A stretch of 64,000 bases of DNA from Takakia lepidozioides (GCA_030704615.1 CM060732.1:4154001-4218000); one strand, 5' to 3'. Counted from the first letter of the stretch, positions 27,656-41,085 are shown. Notes: generated by a model from the letters alone, not told the origin. Program-made: numbers and translations.

Positions 27656-30600
27656 ATGGCTCCCAATTCGTACGCTATGGTTTGCTGTCCTCCACAACTT
27701 GGGAGAGCCAGGATCCCAAACAAGGGAGGACTTTGCAGAGTGACTGAAACTTACCTTTGTTCCAAATTCAACCTCAAACCGGGCACATTTTATTTGGAAG
27801 AAGAAAGGAATGATGTTCCTGGACAGGTTGATGAGACCATTGTCGTGCTAGGTAACGACGGAGGTTGCGGAATCGAGTGGCACGTACCTCCATCAGACAC
27901 CATCTTGTACCGAGCTGTGGGAATACCCATTCCCTTTCCGAATCAGTTGTTTCCGACACCATCCACAAAGGAGTCGGGAAACCGACAGGCGGCCACTGCC
28001 AACAGAGAGGTATGCAAACCCGGTCCATTGTGCAGCTCCTATGGCAACATCACCTCGATGGTTCTCACTCCGAGCTGGCTGCTCTCGACTATGCCAAATT
28101 TCCTGTCAGGAAGGTAACGTATATGCCTCCCGAAGTCGATGGTAATGTGATCTTCAAGTTTCCACCTGTTACTTCGTCAAACAAAGCCTTAGGGATGTTA
28201 ACAGACATGGATCGAAAGCATGACGGACACCCCTGGTGTGTGACGAAGACTAGTAGCACGAAAATTGCTGATGGTGTTTGTGTACGATACGTCCTCTGTG
28301 CGGGGAAGCTGAGGTGCCTCAATCCCGCCTGCTTCCACTTTCTCTCCAAAGGAGGGCAGAGAAACGAGACGGATTGGACTGGCACAACCCATCATCCATT
28401 CATTGTCTCTAGCCAAGCTCCGGCGGGTACTTTCAAGTGCGCACATTGCAAAGAACCACCAACGTGCATGTCCATGTGCAAAGCCAAGCAATATTATGTA
28501 ATCCATTTGCTCCCGGACTTGACTAGAGCTTGCATACACGTTGGGGTCCACTGCCACCCCTTGGCGAGAGACAACATCCGGGAGGTTGTGCAGGAAACAC
28601 ACGACATCATAAAAGAGGAGGTGAAATTGAGCCCCGGAGCCAGACCAAAGCAGATTCAGCTCAAGGCAGCCCACAAGATTGCTATTGGCAAAATCATGTC
28701 TGAAGATGGTTCAGACCGAGTGCCCTTAAATGAAGAGGAGATGTTTGACCTGTTGGAGTCCGTCTCGCATGTTTGTAGTCCGAATGTGCGAAATCACATC
28801 GTATCTTGCAAACAGGAGTTCGGCCGGGGGTCAGACATGCACTCAATCCTAGAGGTGAAACAAAGGACTGGATATGACTACATCCAAGGTAGCAGGTTTC
28901 CAGGGCAAGGCAGCAAATCCGATCGTTGTTACATCTTTAAAATGTCAACGTGTGGGCCTGGGAGTGGAGTCGACTTGGTCACTCGCATGACAACTGGAAA
29001 CTTGTCGAATGCTTGGGTGATATTTGACCACATCAAGCGAATTACAAACCATCAGTGGGTGACCATCGGTGCGCATATTTATGACTATCACTCCAAGAGG
29101 CTCATGACGATTGCAATCTACGAGATGAAAGGGGAGGACACATAGTCGGAGATGCATCTATGGGAGGGCATAAACGAGAGTAGGTTTATAGGGCAAGGCA
29201 GCGAATCCGATCGTTGTTACATCTTTAAAATGTCAACGTGTGGGCCTGGGAATGGAGTCGACTTGGTCACTCGCATGACAACTGGAAACTTGTCGAATGC
29301 TTGGGTGATGTTTGACCACATCAAGCGAATTACAAACCATCAGTGGGTGACCATCGGTGCACATGTTTATGACTATCACTCCAAGAGGCTCATGACGATT
29401 GCAATCTGCGAGATGAAAGGGGAGGACACACAGTCGGAGATGCATCTGTGGGAGGGCATAAACGAGCAGATGGCAAGGGCGGGTTTGCCAGAGCCCAATT
29501 TCAGGGGATTCATGGCAGACAACGCTCAGGCCAACTGGGCAGCGGTGCGGCGTGTGTACGGTGAGGACCCCAATGTTCCAATGGAGGGGAAAGAGAGATC
29601 CCGTGGATTCTATTGGATGTAGAGTCTATCTCACTACACTACCGAATTTGTTGCTAGCTCATTCCAAGCTGAACACTGTGTCCTTTGTATGGCATGGAAG
29701 GATGCACCCACATTTGATGACGTGGAGGTTAAGTTTGCTATCATCGAGGCTTGGTGGAACACGTCAGGTGCAGTGGAGACAACCAATCTGGGAGCCTTGC
29801 ACAGCTGGTTGGGGTGGTGGCATTTCCGGTATTGACAGTTCGGACAATACATGCGGGAGGTATGATGCCAGACTTTTCTTGCAATTATCGTTCTATTACG
29901 GACCTTTCTATTTTTCCCTCACCATTGTTTCTGTCCTTGTAGGAGCGGTGCCTGGATTCCGACACGGACATGCCAAACACGAATATGGAAAAATCAGTCC
30001 ACTCCTCCTGGCGAGCGTCTTCTGCCGCACATCTGGTGGACTTAGTGACGGCCACAACGGAGGACATTGACAGAGCAATCATGCAGCAAGCCAGATACTA
30101 CAAGTTCCTGAGCGGGAAACAATGGGGCTTTGGGCCGGACAGGGAGAAATTGTTGGTACGAACAGCTTCAAGGTCGAAGAATCCACTAAAATGGGCAACA
30201 ACGTTGTGAGAGAAGATGAAAGGGACGCCTCTGCACCGCAGAGGTGAACACCTAGAGGGGGACGTCCGTACTCGCCCTGTGAGGCGGAGGATTGAAGAGG
30301 AACTCGGGTGCGAAGAGGATTCCTGGAGATCCGTTAGGAACATTCGGACAGCACCTCGAGGTCCCATCATGTTGCCGCACAACGTGTCTTCCAGCAATGG
30401 AAGCCCAAGAGTTTCTAGATTGTCATCGCCTTCAAGCGGGGATTCCGTGCGAGAAATTCCCACCGCTCGTTTGCCCCAGATTCCGCCCGCTGTTATGCAG
30501 TATGGCCAAGCCATTGTGGAGACGACTGTGTCTGCGTCACAGTGGAGAATTGCTCGCACAAGGCCGGCGTTTCGAGGCAGGTGTTCCGTAATTCGAGTAG

Positions 30601-31349
30601 ATACACGGCAACAATGTTTAGAGATGATAAGGAGGAATCCACATGGGGCTATCCCTGCTCCTACTTTTACAGGAAGATTTGTCCATGCAAAGTTTTCGGA
30701 GGCAACAACTACCCAGTTTTGGTTCTGTAGGCATGACATCATGACTTGCGTGTATGGAAAGCCCAAGTACGGCATACAAACAATGCCAGAGGCTCCCCCG
30801 GTGTGGCCGGTGGAACCAGGATGCGATCTGAGTCAAGTTGAGGCCGACGCCCTTACTGCCGCAGGATTTTGGATGGTGCAGCGCACTGACGTCCCCAAAC
30901 AACCATTTCCGCTTCCATAGCCTCCACCACCGACCCCTGTGAGAGCAAGAACAATGGGACGCAACAACTCTAAGCATCCTACACACCATTGGGGGAAACC
31001 GAAGAGGCGGCGACCTCCCTCAAAAGTGAACGAGACAAGGATGGGGAATGCACTTCGGATGAATTGTACAATCCAGAGCTCAACAAAAGTGCCCCCATCA
31101 GGCTTCAGACGTGTGTATCAGATGGCCACGGCAGGCTCAGCTGTCCGCAATGAGGTGTACACCTGCAATTGCACCGACTTCCAGATCATGGCAAACAAGG
31201 GGGCATCATACTGCCCTTGCAAGCATCTATACTACGTGTACCTAAAGAAACTCCGGTGTAATTCCACAACTCATCACTTCTTACATGCACCAGGGTTGAA
31301 CCCCCAAGAGGTGTACACTCTTCTGAATATGGATCCAGGGGACCAATGA
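27656..31349 (+). pseudogene. Mutator/IS256-type transposase with GCM-like N-terminal Zn domain and C-terminal SWIM finger (copy 1)
   Basis: DGHPW...C.G.L.C.N..C...C.HC...C...H.G.H.HP; DDE core FDHIKR, FMADNAQA..AA+RRVY, CGFH (intact in copy 2), N..ES.H; SWIM C.C.DF...CKHL. Intron at ~29859-29942; internal stops. Confidence 0.85.
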
Positions 31350-31655
31350 GCTTGGCTTGCGGGCGCCCATCCTTTTCGGAGTTTCAGTTATAGTAGAACT
31401 ATACTGCTGCAAGTACCTTTGAATTTTGGCCACAGAAAGATTCGACTTATGTCTTGCCTACCAGTAACCTGTTTTGCTCGAATATCAATAATACTATGTC
31501 ATTCACTTCTGTTTCCACGTGCTTGTATTTTTGTTTGTTGGAGGGTTCCTGTTTTTCTGCTCTCCCAAACTTTGCAATCCTCATTTGACCCCCGACAAAG
31601 AAATGCGGCACCGCATTTCCAAGTAACGTCGTAGGTACTGGTAGTTGCGGCCTTT

Positions 31656-34600
31656 GTATTGATTTGGCAAGTGACACGCCAATTTTTTGAAGGCCCTACA
31701 GATATAGTGACATGGAGAGGTCATTGATCCAGTCACGGACTATGGAGTTGTTCGAAGCTGGATTGGTGGAGTTGTCAGGCAAGGAGTATGCCTCGGCAAC
31801 GGTGATACCAGCTAAGAAGGATATCTATGGCAATTGGACAGAAAGAAGGATGTGTGGGGACTATCGTCCTGTGAACCGTCAGACTAAGTCTGATAGATAT
31901 GCTATGCCAACTCCAGAGGAAATCTTTGATGCCATTGGGCATGCAAAGGTGTTTAGCACATTGGACTTGCGATCGGGTTATCACCAGTTGCCAATCAAAG
32001 AGGCTGATAAGCAAAAGACGGCATTATGGGGGATTGACCAACATGGGAATGATTGTTTGTACCAATGGCGCTTCCTACCATTTGGGTTGAAGAATGCTCC
32101 TACAGAGTTTCAGAGGGTCATGGATAAGATTCTTGCAGGGCTAGACTTTGCCCGGTGCTACATTGATGACATCATCATCTTTAGTGCCAAGATTGAGGAG
32201 AATGAGAGACACCTTCAGGTGGTGTTTGAGCGCTTGAGGGCGCATGGATTGAAACTGCACCCTGGAAAATGCAAGTTCTTCCACGATCAGATTGAGTATC
32301 TGGGCCACATGATATATCCTAGAGGATTGGGTGTTCAACAGACAAAGGTGGAGGCCATTGCACGCATTCCACACCCCATAGATGTAAGCAGAGTTCGTGC
32401 TTTCATGGGGTTGGCAAACTACTATCGTCGGTTTGTCAAGGGATTTAGCAGCATTGCGAAGGCTCTTACCAAGTTGACCAAGGTGGGTCAGGAGTGGCAG
32501 TGGGAGGAGGAGCAAGAGAAAGCCTTTGATGAACTCAAGGCTCGATTGACTCCTGCACCTATTCTGAGGTGGCCTATTCGGGGGCGGCCTTTCCAGCTAC
32601 ATACGGATTGGAGTATGTTGGGGATTGGAGCAGTGCTCATACAGGTGGATGATGAGGGAAGAGAGTTCGTAGTGGCATATGTTAGCCGCTTGAACAATGA
32701 TGTTGAGGCAAAGTATAGCTCATATGAAGGGGAGTATCTAGCTGTAGTATGGGCAGTGGCACATTTTAGATGCTACCTCTGTGGCAATCTCTTCACCCTT
32801 GTCACCGATCACCAACCATTGAAGTGGTTGATGGAGTCAGACAAGCTTACAGGGAAGCTTGCACGGTGGGCGTTTATGCTTCAAGAGTACAACTTCCAGG
32901 TGGTGCATCGAGCCGGTATAGTCAATCGAGATGCAGATGGGTTGAGTCGTAATCCATGCACGAGCGAGCATGATGATACTGGAGCTCGGTGGCATGGTGA
33001 GACGGATGAGGAGATGGTACCAGGATGGCATGCATCTGCCTTTTTGTGCATCCTAGCAATGGGAGCTCAAGCTGGTCCATCCCAAAGGATTGGTCATGTA
33101 GATGGTGTGCATGAAGATCTGGAGATCAGTGAGGAGCTTGGTGGTGCTAAGGATGTGCATGAAGATGCAGCAGTGTTGGCCTACGTTCATACCGGAGAGA
33201 CAACAGCGAGTGTGACTGCGAAGGAGAGAGATCAGATCCTACAACGAGCCAAGAGGTTCAAGTGGGAGGGGACTCACCTACTCCGTGTATGGGAAGATGG
33301 ACGAGTGAGGATTGTGCCTCATCCAATACAATGAGCGCAATTGGTACACCATGCCCATGAGGAGTTGGGACATTTTGGGGTGCGGCGCACTCATAGTTTG
33401 CTGCAAGGGCAGTACTGGTGGCGGGGCATGCACACGGATGTGCAGCAATTAGTGGCAAGATGCATGGTGTGTGATAGAGTGCGGGTTTCTTTCAACGCCC
33501 CTACTCCACAATTGCATCATTTACCATTATGGGTTTGGGCTATTGTTGGAGCCTTGACTTTGTAGGCCCATTGCTACTAACCATTCGCCATAACAAGTAT
33601 GTGCTGGTGATGGTGGAACATTTCTCCAAATGGATTGAACTGGTGGCATTGCCTGACAAGGCAAGTGATGGAGCTGCATATGCATTCTTAGATCGAGTAC
33701 TTAGCCAATTTGGTGCTCCAGCTGAGGTACTCATGGACCAGGGGAGAGAGTTCTTGGGGGAGTTTCAGGCTTTGTGTGAGCAAGCCTTGATAGACCACCG
33801 CACTACTTCTCGGAATCATCCCGAGGCTGATGGCTTGGCGGAGAGAGTTGTTCAGACAATCAAGAGAGGCTTGCGCAAGTATGGCTTGCAGAAGGGACAC
33901 TTAGGGGATTGGGACCTTCAGCTACCTTGGTTGGCCATGGGCTACATGTTTAACAAGCAAGCATCACTTGCCTCGTTCTCACCTTACTTTCTTCTCTTCG
34001 GCCGAGAGCCAAATTTGCCTGCATCTATTCACAGGGAGGCTGCAGTAGTCCTCAACCTTGATGATCCGGATGTGTGGACACAAGCATGTGCCCAGCGGGC
34101 ACAGTTGTTCAAGAGAGTCATGCCTATGGCTTTTGAGAACCTTGCTATTGCCCAACACCGAGACACATTGAGGTATGTCACCATACGTGGAGGCGGATAT
34201 CAACCGGGTGTTTGGAGATTCAACCCTGGGGACTATGTGTATCTGCAGCAGACAGCGCCTACGACCTTGGATGTCACAGCAGGACGTGTGATTCTAAGGG
34301 TCAAGGAGGTGTTATCTTCAGGAGTGTTGATTCTGGAAGGTTGAGATGGCATGGTATGGAAGGATCATGTGCGCAATTGTGCGCCATGTCACCTCCCACA
34401 TATGGATGGGAGGATAGAACCCAACCTTGCAGTGGTACGTGCAGGTTTGCGTTGCATGCTATGTGGGCATGCGGGTGGCACCGCAACCATGTTGGTGTGT
34501 GACAAATGCTCAAGGGGGTGGCACATGGGATGTTTAACACCGCCACTTGAGGAGGTTCCTAGTGGAGAGTGGTTGTGTCCACGATGCCTTGGAGAGAGGT

Positions 34601-35389
34601 AGTGGGCATGGCAATGGGGAGGCTGACAAGTGATCCAAGGTCTAGCTAGTGGGGCTTCAATGCCATGGATACTCAACTGAAGATCATGGATTGCAGGAAG
34701 GCGACTAATGATGGGGCTACTTTTGCACCCGGCCTCTTGATCTATCGATTTTAGATGTTGGGACTTGTGTGATTGAAGACCAAGCGATGATCTTATTGAG
34801 ATGGATACTTGTCCACTATCCGGTGTTAGAGGGACCTAATCACCAGCTAGGGGGCTGATTGTGGCATAGCTTTCTAGGATTATATGCTTAGAATGTGTGG
34901 TGGACAGCGATGTATGTTGTGGCACGATGCTTAGGTGCACGACAGCTGTCATGGTTTTAGTCATGGTTAACTAAAAACTAGGACATTTTGGATATTTATA
35001 TTTGTATTTTGTGTGTTGGGACTTCATTTGGTCTCATATGCCAAGTGAGGTGTCAAGCCTCACTTGGAACATGGGAAAGGGGTTTTCCCCTTGTGAGTGT
35101 TGAGGAGGGCTCATCTTCTTGTAGTTGAGCCTCCATGAGCTTCTCTTACCTCTATAGCTCTAGGTATTGAGAGGGAGTGTGTTGAGGGTTTTGTAGGGTG
35201 GATTCTCTTAGCAAGGGTGCCCTTGGCTTGACTTAGTTTATGTGATATAGTGGATTTCACTTGGAAGGACTAGGGCTTGTTCTTAGTGTGATTGCTTCAT
35301 GCTTTGTGGCATAGCTTTCTAGGATTGTATGCTTAGAATGTGTGGTGGACAGCGATGTATGTTGTGGCACGATGCTTAGGTGCACGACA
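31656..35389 (+). mobile_element. 5'-truncated Ty3/Gypsy element (RT-RNaseH-integrase-PHD) with B-A-B 3' end
   Basis: RMCGDYR, LDLRSGYHQ, PFGLKNAP, YIDD, HTDWS, TDHQPL, H..LGHFG...C..C, WSLDF, DQG.EF, GLAER; PHD C..C...CD.C.RGWH..CL.PPL...P.G.W.CP.C. PPT at ~34846-34856; ends CACGACA at 35389. Confidence 0.92.
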
Positions 35390-36810
35390 CCTCTAACATT
35401 ATCCCTCCCCCTCTCAATAAGCCGTGTCCTCACGGTTTACTGCTCAGGATCAGCAAACCTTTGTGAACGAGCACCCTTCTGCCGGTGAGAGTCCCTCGGA
35501 GGGCTCTGTGTGTGAGCCTGAGCCATGTCGCTGGCTGGTGGGGCTGACTGTCGACTAGATGGAGCTGACTGCCCTGCCTTAGGCTGATATGGATGTAACT
35601 TTTCAGGCATAGGAGATCCCCGTCGTTTCTTCTCCGCCATTTGTATCGCATAATCCTCAGCCATGTCAAAATTCCCGTTCATAGAACCAGTAGTATCTGA
35701 ATCATCTTCCCCCCGTTGGCTGTACTGTTTCCTGACCTTCGGTGGCTTCTCAGGAATCCTGACTGACATACAGTGTATGCCCACCATGTCTGGAAGCTTA
35801 TATTGTAAAACTTGTGTCAACCTCTTTCGGGCAAGATTAGTATATGCCCGTAGCTCATCATCTGTACAGCTGAGTGGTGTGCCAATGACTTTGGCCACTT
35901 CCTGGCTTCATGCCCCTTGGGAAAAATGTGGTCAAGACCCAAGTTCTCCTTGGGCAAGTTCTCCAGAGCAAAAATAAACCAAGAACGGAGTTGGGGATCC
36001 TTCTGAAGCATGATCCTTACATCATACAGATATGTGTGTGGTGGAATTGGAGGTAACGTCCAATGCTCCCCACTGGAATAAGTCTGAAACCTCATCTGCA
36101 TCTTCTGCTGCTCAATGTGGTAGCGTGAAATAAAACAAGCAACATAATACAGCCCACAACCCATGACCAAACTAGGTACCTCCTTGGTCTTGGTGTAGAT
36201 GAATCCATGAACAATCTGGAAGGCAATTACCTTCAGCATGGTTCTTGCCTCAGACCAGCACCGTGCAAAATGGTGATCTTCAATGGGTCAGTCAGTTGGG
36301 AGAACTTTAGTCCGAGTTGCCACTGGCAACCAAATGCGCATAATCTGGTAATAGCGTGCCAAAGACTCTGGAGGACTGAATTCATTCCAAGCCAAATCCA
36401 TAACAATGGGAATTTGGTTGAAGGGTAGAATCATAGCTTGATTGTATTCAAGTGCAGCAGGAGTAGTAGGTGGGTTAAAAGAAGTATCACCGTAAACCTC
36501 AGACTGTGATTGCTGCAGTGCCATGGTATCAACACTGTCGACCTGGTGTGGCTGCTGTGATGTTGTTGTCACAGTCCCTCCTGATGTTGGCAAGTCATGT
36601 ACTTCCTGTGCTGAAGATTGGAAAATCAAAGTCCTTGCCTGCAAATAAGTAGCCATGAGCTGTTCCTCAGGAACAAAGGTCATTTTCTCAATGTTGAAGC
36701 TCAAGTCATCTACTTGAGTCTGAAGCCCTTCCACATCCTCCTGCAACTCAGTTATCTGACTATAGACATTGTCTATAGTGGTTGTGGCAATGTTCTAAAC
36801 CCGTAACCTG
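35390..36810 (-). mobile_element. 3' region of a different LTR retrotransposon (unknown extra ORF + PPT + first 9 nt of LTR), cut by the Gypsy insertion
   Basis: On the minus strand GAGAGGGGGAGGGAT (35415-35401) is followed by aa-TGTTAGAGG (35398-35390). Upstream are frameshifted ORFs 36746-36288, 36239-35817 and 35898-35437 of unrecognised product. Confidence 0.5.
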
Positions 36811-36910
36811 AGATCATTCATCTCATCTTGGGTGAGCTTCCTTGGTGCTTTCCCCTCCACTGGCCCTTGTGTGCACAACTCCTCCTGGCAGTCTTGTGTG
36901 CACAACTCCC

Positions 36911-39900
36911 ATGGCAGAAAACCCGAGCGCTATAGTGTACTGCCCTCCTCACGAGCATAGAGCTACATTTCCGTGCAGAGGGGAGATCTGTCGGGTGATG
37001 GAGAAATATCTCTGCGTTCGATACCACCTGAAACCGAGGTCGGTATTTTTGGAGGAGGAAATGAAGGATTCAAACGGAGTTGTAGTCGAAAGTATTGTTG
37101 TGCTCCACGATGATTTCGGCGACGGCAGGGAATGGCGAGTTCCACCATCGGACAGCGTCATATACAGGGCTGTTGGGGACTTCATTTTCCCGCCAAATGC
37201 GCCTTCTATCCTGCCGCCTTCCACGAAACAATCCGCGAATCAGAGAGTGGGTACCTCAAAGAGAGAAGTCCGCAACAAAGTAAATTCAGAGCCAAACCCA
37301 TCAATGAAGACGAGCGAGAACCGGCTTGTTCACAACCTGTCTGACTCCGACGAGATCATGGAAGTTCCGAGATCATCCTGGAGATTAGGCAAGTCCTCAA
37401 TGGACATCAGCGGACGAGAGAGTCATATTCCCAGCACGAACACAACAGTTCGATCCATTCTTGAAATTCTGCGAGGGCTTCACATGAAGGGACACCGCTC
37501 GGAGCTGGCTGGGCTGGACTACAACAAGTTCGCCATTAAATCCGTTACATGCCTTCCCGCAGACGTCGACGGTAATATGTTCTTTGAGTTCCCTCCTCGA
37601 ATGGACTATTCAAGGGCGCCCGGAATGTTGACAGATATGGATAGGAAACATGACGGCCATCCTTGGTGCGTCACCAAAACCACCACAATGAAGATGCTCG
37701 ATGGTGTGCGGGTGCACTACGTTGTTTGTGCGGGCGCGTTGCATTGTTTCTCCCCAACTTGCTTCCACTTTAAATCCAGAGGTCACAGGAACGAGACGGA
37801 TTGGACAGGCACAGCTCATCAACCATTTTGAGCTCAGGAGAAGGTTCCAAACTCCACATTTAAGTGTGCGCATTGCAAAGAACCACCACATTGCATGTCT
37901 GTTTGTAATGCCAAGCAGTTCTATGTGTTGCACCGTTTCCCTGACCTCACACGAGCTTGCATACACGTTGGTTCCCATTGTCACAAATTGGCGAGGGGGA
38001 ACTCGCAGGAGGCTGCCCACGAGGCAGAGCAGCCCGTTCAGGAGGAGGTTAGGTTGAGACCTGGTGCCAAACCCAAACAGATACAGCTGCAGGCCGCCCA
38101 TAAGATGGCATTGGCCATAATTATGTCGGAAGACGGCTCCGACAGAGTTCCTCTCGATGAGAAGGAAATGGAGGCATTGCTGGAGTCAGTGTCCCACGTC
38201 TGTTCACCAAATGTCCAAAACCACATTGTCTCCTACAAACAGAAAATTGGGCGTGGCTCGGATATGCACTCCATTCTGGAGATGAAACGACGATGTGGAT
38301 ATGACTACATTCATGGAAGTAGGTTTCTTGGACAAGGGACTGAGGCAGATTGTTGTTTCGTATTCAAAATGTCTACGTGTGGGCCTGGCAGCGGCGTCGA
38401 ACTGGTCGACCGGATGACGAGTGGGGACTTGTCAAACAGTTGGGTCATGTTCGACCATATCAAGCGAATTACAAATCACCAGTGGGTGACAATGGCTGCA
38501 CATGTCTACGACACCCACTGCAGGATGCTAATGACAATTGCTATTTGTGAGATGAAAGGAGAGGACACACAATCGGAGATGTTTCTTTGGCAGGGAATAA
38601 ACGAACAGATGGCCAGGGCGGGATTGCCCCCTCCCAATTTCCGTGGTTTCATGGCGGACAACGCCCAAGCAAATTGGGCTGCCATCCGAAGGGTGTACGG
38701 AGAAGACCCCAATGTTCCGATGGAAGGCAAGGAGAGATCTTGTGGGTTCCATTTTCTGCAGAGCTTGTCGCAGTACACAACCCGGCTCGTGGCGCCAGAT
38801 TTCAGAGAAGAGCACCGTTCCATGTGTCTTGCGTGGAAGTGTGCTCCCACCTTGGATGATGCGGAGTCACAATTTGCATGTATACGGGCTTGGTGGACAA
38901 CGTCAGGTGCTGTAAAGAAATCAGACGAGGGAGCAATGGTTAGTTGGCTAGCATGGTGGCATTATCATTTCCTCCAGTTCGGCGACTATATGCGGGAGGT
39001 GAGTTGGACGAATTCGCGTCACGTTGAATATTGTGCTACTTGTTCTTTGTAACTTGCTTGTAATCTCAACATGTGCATGTGCAAGAAATATGTCTGGACT
39101 TTGACACCGACATGCCGACAACAAACATGGCCGAATCAGTACATTCTTCCTGGCGTGCCTCCTCTGCGGCGCATCTGGTGGACATCCTCACTGGACATTG
39201 TCAGGTCAATTATGCAGCAATGCAGGTACTACGAGTTCTTGAAAGGGAAACAGTGGGGCTTGGGGCCGGACAGGCAGGAAATGCTGATGCGGACTGCCTC
39301 CAGATTGAAGAATCCTTGCAAGTGGGCGGCAGCCTTGCAAGAGGGCCTTCAGGACACGCCATTGCTTCGAAGAGGCCAATACTTAGAAGGAGATGTTCAC
39401 ACCCGTCCAGTGATACGAAGACTTGACGAGGCACCTGGCGGAGAAGAGGATTCATGGCGAGCTAACAAGAATATTTGCACGCTCCCTCGTGGTCCCGTGA
39501 TGTTGCCCGAGGAGGTCTCGTCGAGCACCGCAAGTCCTGCACGTTCAAGATCGTCATCTCCTTTGAGCACAGGGCACGTGCCCGAGGAACATAACGAGCC
39601 ATCTATAGTAACGCAGTACAACATACCCATTGTGGAGATAAGAGTGTCGGAGTCACAATGGAGAATTGCAAGGACATTGCCGGCACTCATACTTACCCAA
39701 CAAAAATCACCTGACGGTTCCCATCCTATTCTATGTCTCCCGACAGGGGTTACTTTACTACCCACAATCGAACCAAACCAGCTTAAATACGTGCATAACC
39801 CACCCCTCCCCAAATACCTCCGACAGAGGGAACCCACTCTAACTCTGATTTTACATGTCCAACATTCCTCATCCATCAATATTCCCATACTCTTTCTGAG

Positions 39901-41085
39901 TCACTTAAGCAGGGGGCTGCTATTTCATGAGCGGCATGAGCATGAGCGGAAAAAAAAAAAAACATGAGCGGACAATTGTGTGTCCATGGAAATAGGGTTA
40001 GGAGGCATGGAAATAGGGTCATTCGAAGCTGGAATGTGGCACCACTGGACTCGTCATAGCAATGAAATGCAACATTTTATTGCAAATTTTGTGGCAAGCC
40101 ACATCTATACAAGTGTGTCCTAACTGTCATAGCCGGAATGGGCACTACTCTCCTACACCCTCCGAGGAACTTGCCCCACCTTCCTCCTCATCCCCCCCAT
40201 CCCCCCCATCCTCCGAGCTCTGAGATGCATCAGTTCCACTATGCCTCTCAAAAATACCGTCCTCTCCTTGGGGTTCGAGGGAAGTGCTGCGCCATCCGGG
40301 TGGATACGAGAGCACGCTGTGGTGAGATGATTTGGAGGAACCCACACGGTGCTGTACCTGCACCTTGTTTCAGCGGCAGATTTTTTACTCCCACATTCTC
40401 TCACGCCACAACGCAGACGTTTTGGTTCTGTAGGCACGACATAATGACTTGTGTATTTGGCAAGCCCAAGCACGGGATTCAGGGAATGCCGGAGCCTCCG
40501 GGCGTCTGGCCTGTTGTATCGGGTTGCAACCTCTCTCAGAATGAGGCGGATGCTATTTCTGCAGCAGGATTTCGAATGGTGCAACGCACAGACGTCCTGG
40601 CCCATTCGTTTCCTGTTCCTCAGATCCAGCCATTGCAGGCTGCTCCATCCAGTAGAGACAGATTGGACAATTCTGCACATCCCACAATGCGATTCGGAAG
40701 AGTGAAGAGACGACACCCTCCCAACAAGTTGAATGAGACTCGGATTGCCAATGCTCTTGGGATGGCTTGCACTATTCAGAGCTCCGTGGACGTATCCCCA
40801 CCCGGCCTTGGGCGTGTTTATCGGATGGCAACGGCCGGCTCAGCTGTACGCGACAACGTATACACAATTACGATTGGTGGAGCCGACTTGCAATTGTACG
40901 GACTTCTCGTTGATGGAAGCAAAGAAGGGGTCCAAGTATTATCCATGCAAGCATCTGTATTACATTTACCTGAAGAGGTTGAGGATGAACTTGACTATTG
41001 ATGACTTTATTCATGCACCAGCGTTGAGCGTGAACGAGCTGCACAAACTCCTCCGCCAGGATTCCAGAAATCATTCATGGGGAAA
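36911..41085 (+). pseudogene. MULE GCM-like/DDE/SWIM transposase copy 2, interrupted at 39684-40270
   Basis: Collinear with 27656-31349; includes ERSCGFHF, TTNMAESVHSSW and PTCNCTDF...PCKHL. Confidence 0.85.

Larger units (their letters stand above)
21725..31620. mobile_element. MULE-family composite copy A: left TIR, deleted ParB-gene copies (-), palindrome arrays, transposase (+)
   Basis: TIR GGGGGCTACTATTTCATGAGC at 21725; minus-strand homologs of the 46011-51057 gene; arrays at 23410 and 25932; transposase 27656-31349. Right end lost at the Gypsy fragment (~31656). Confidence 0.75.
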
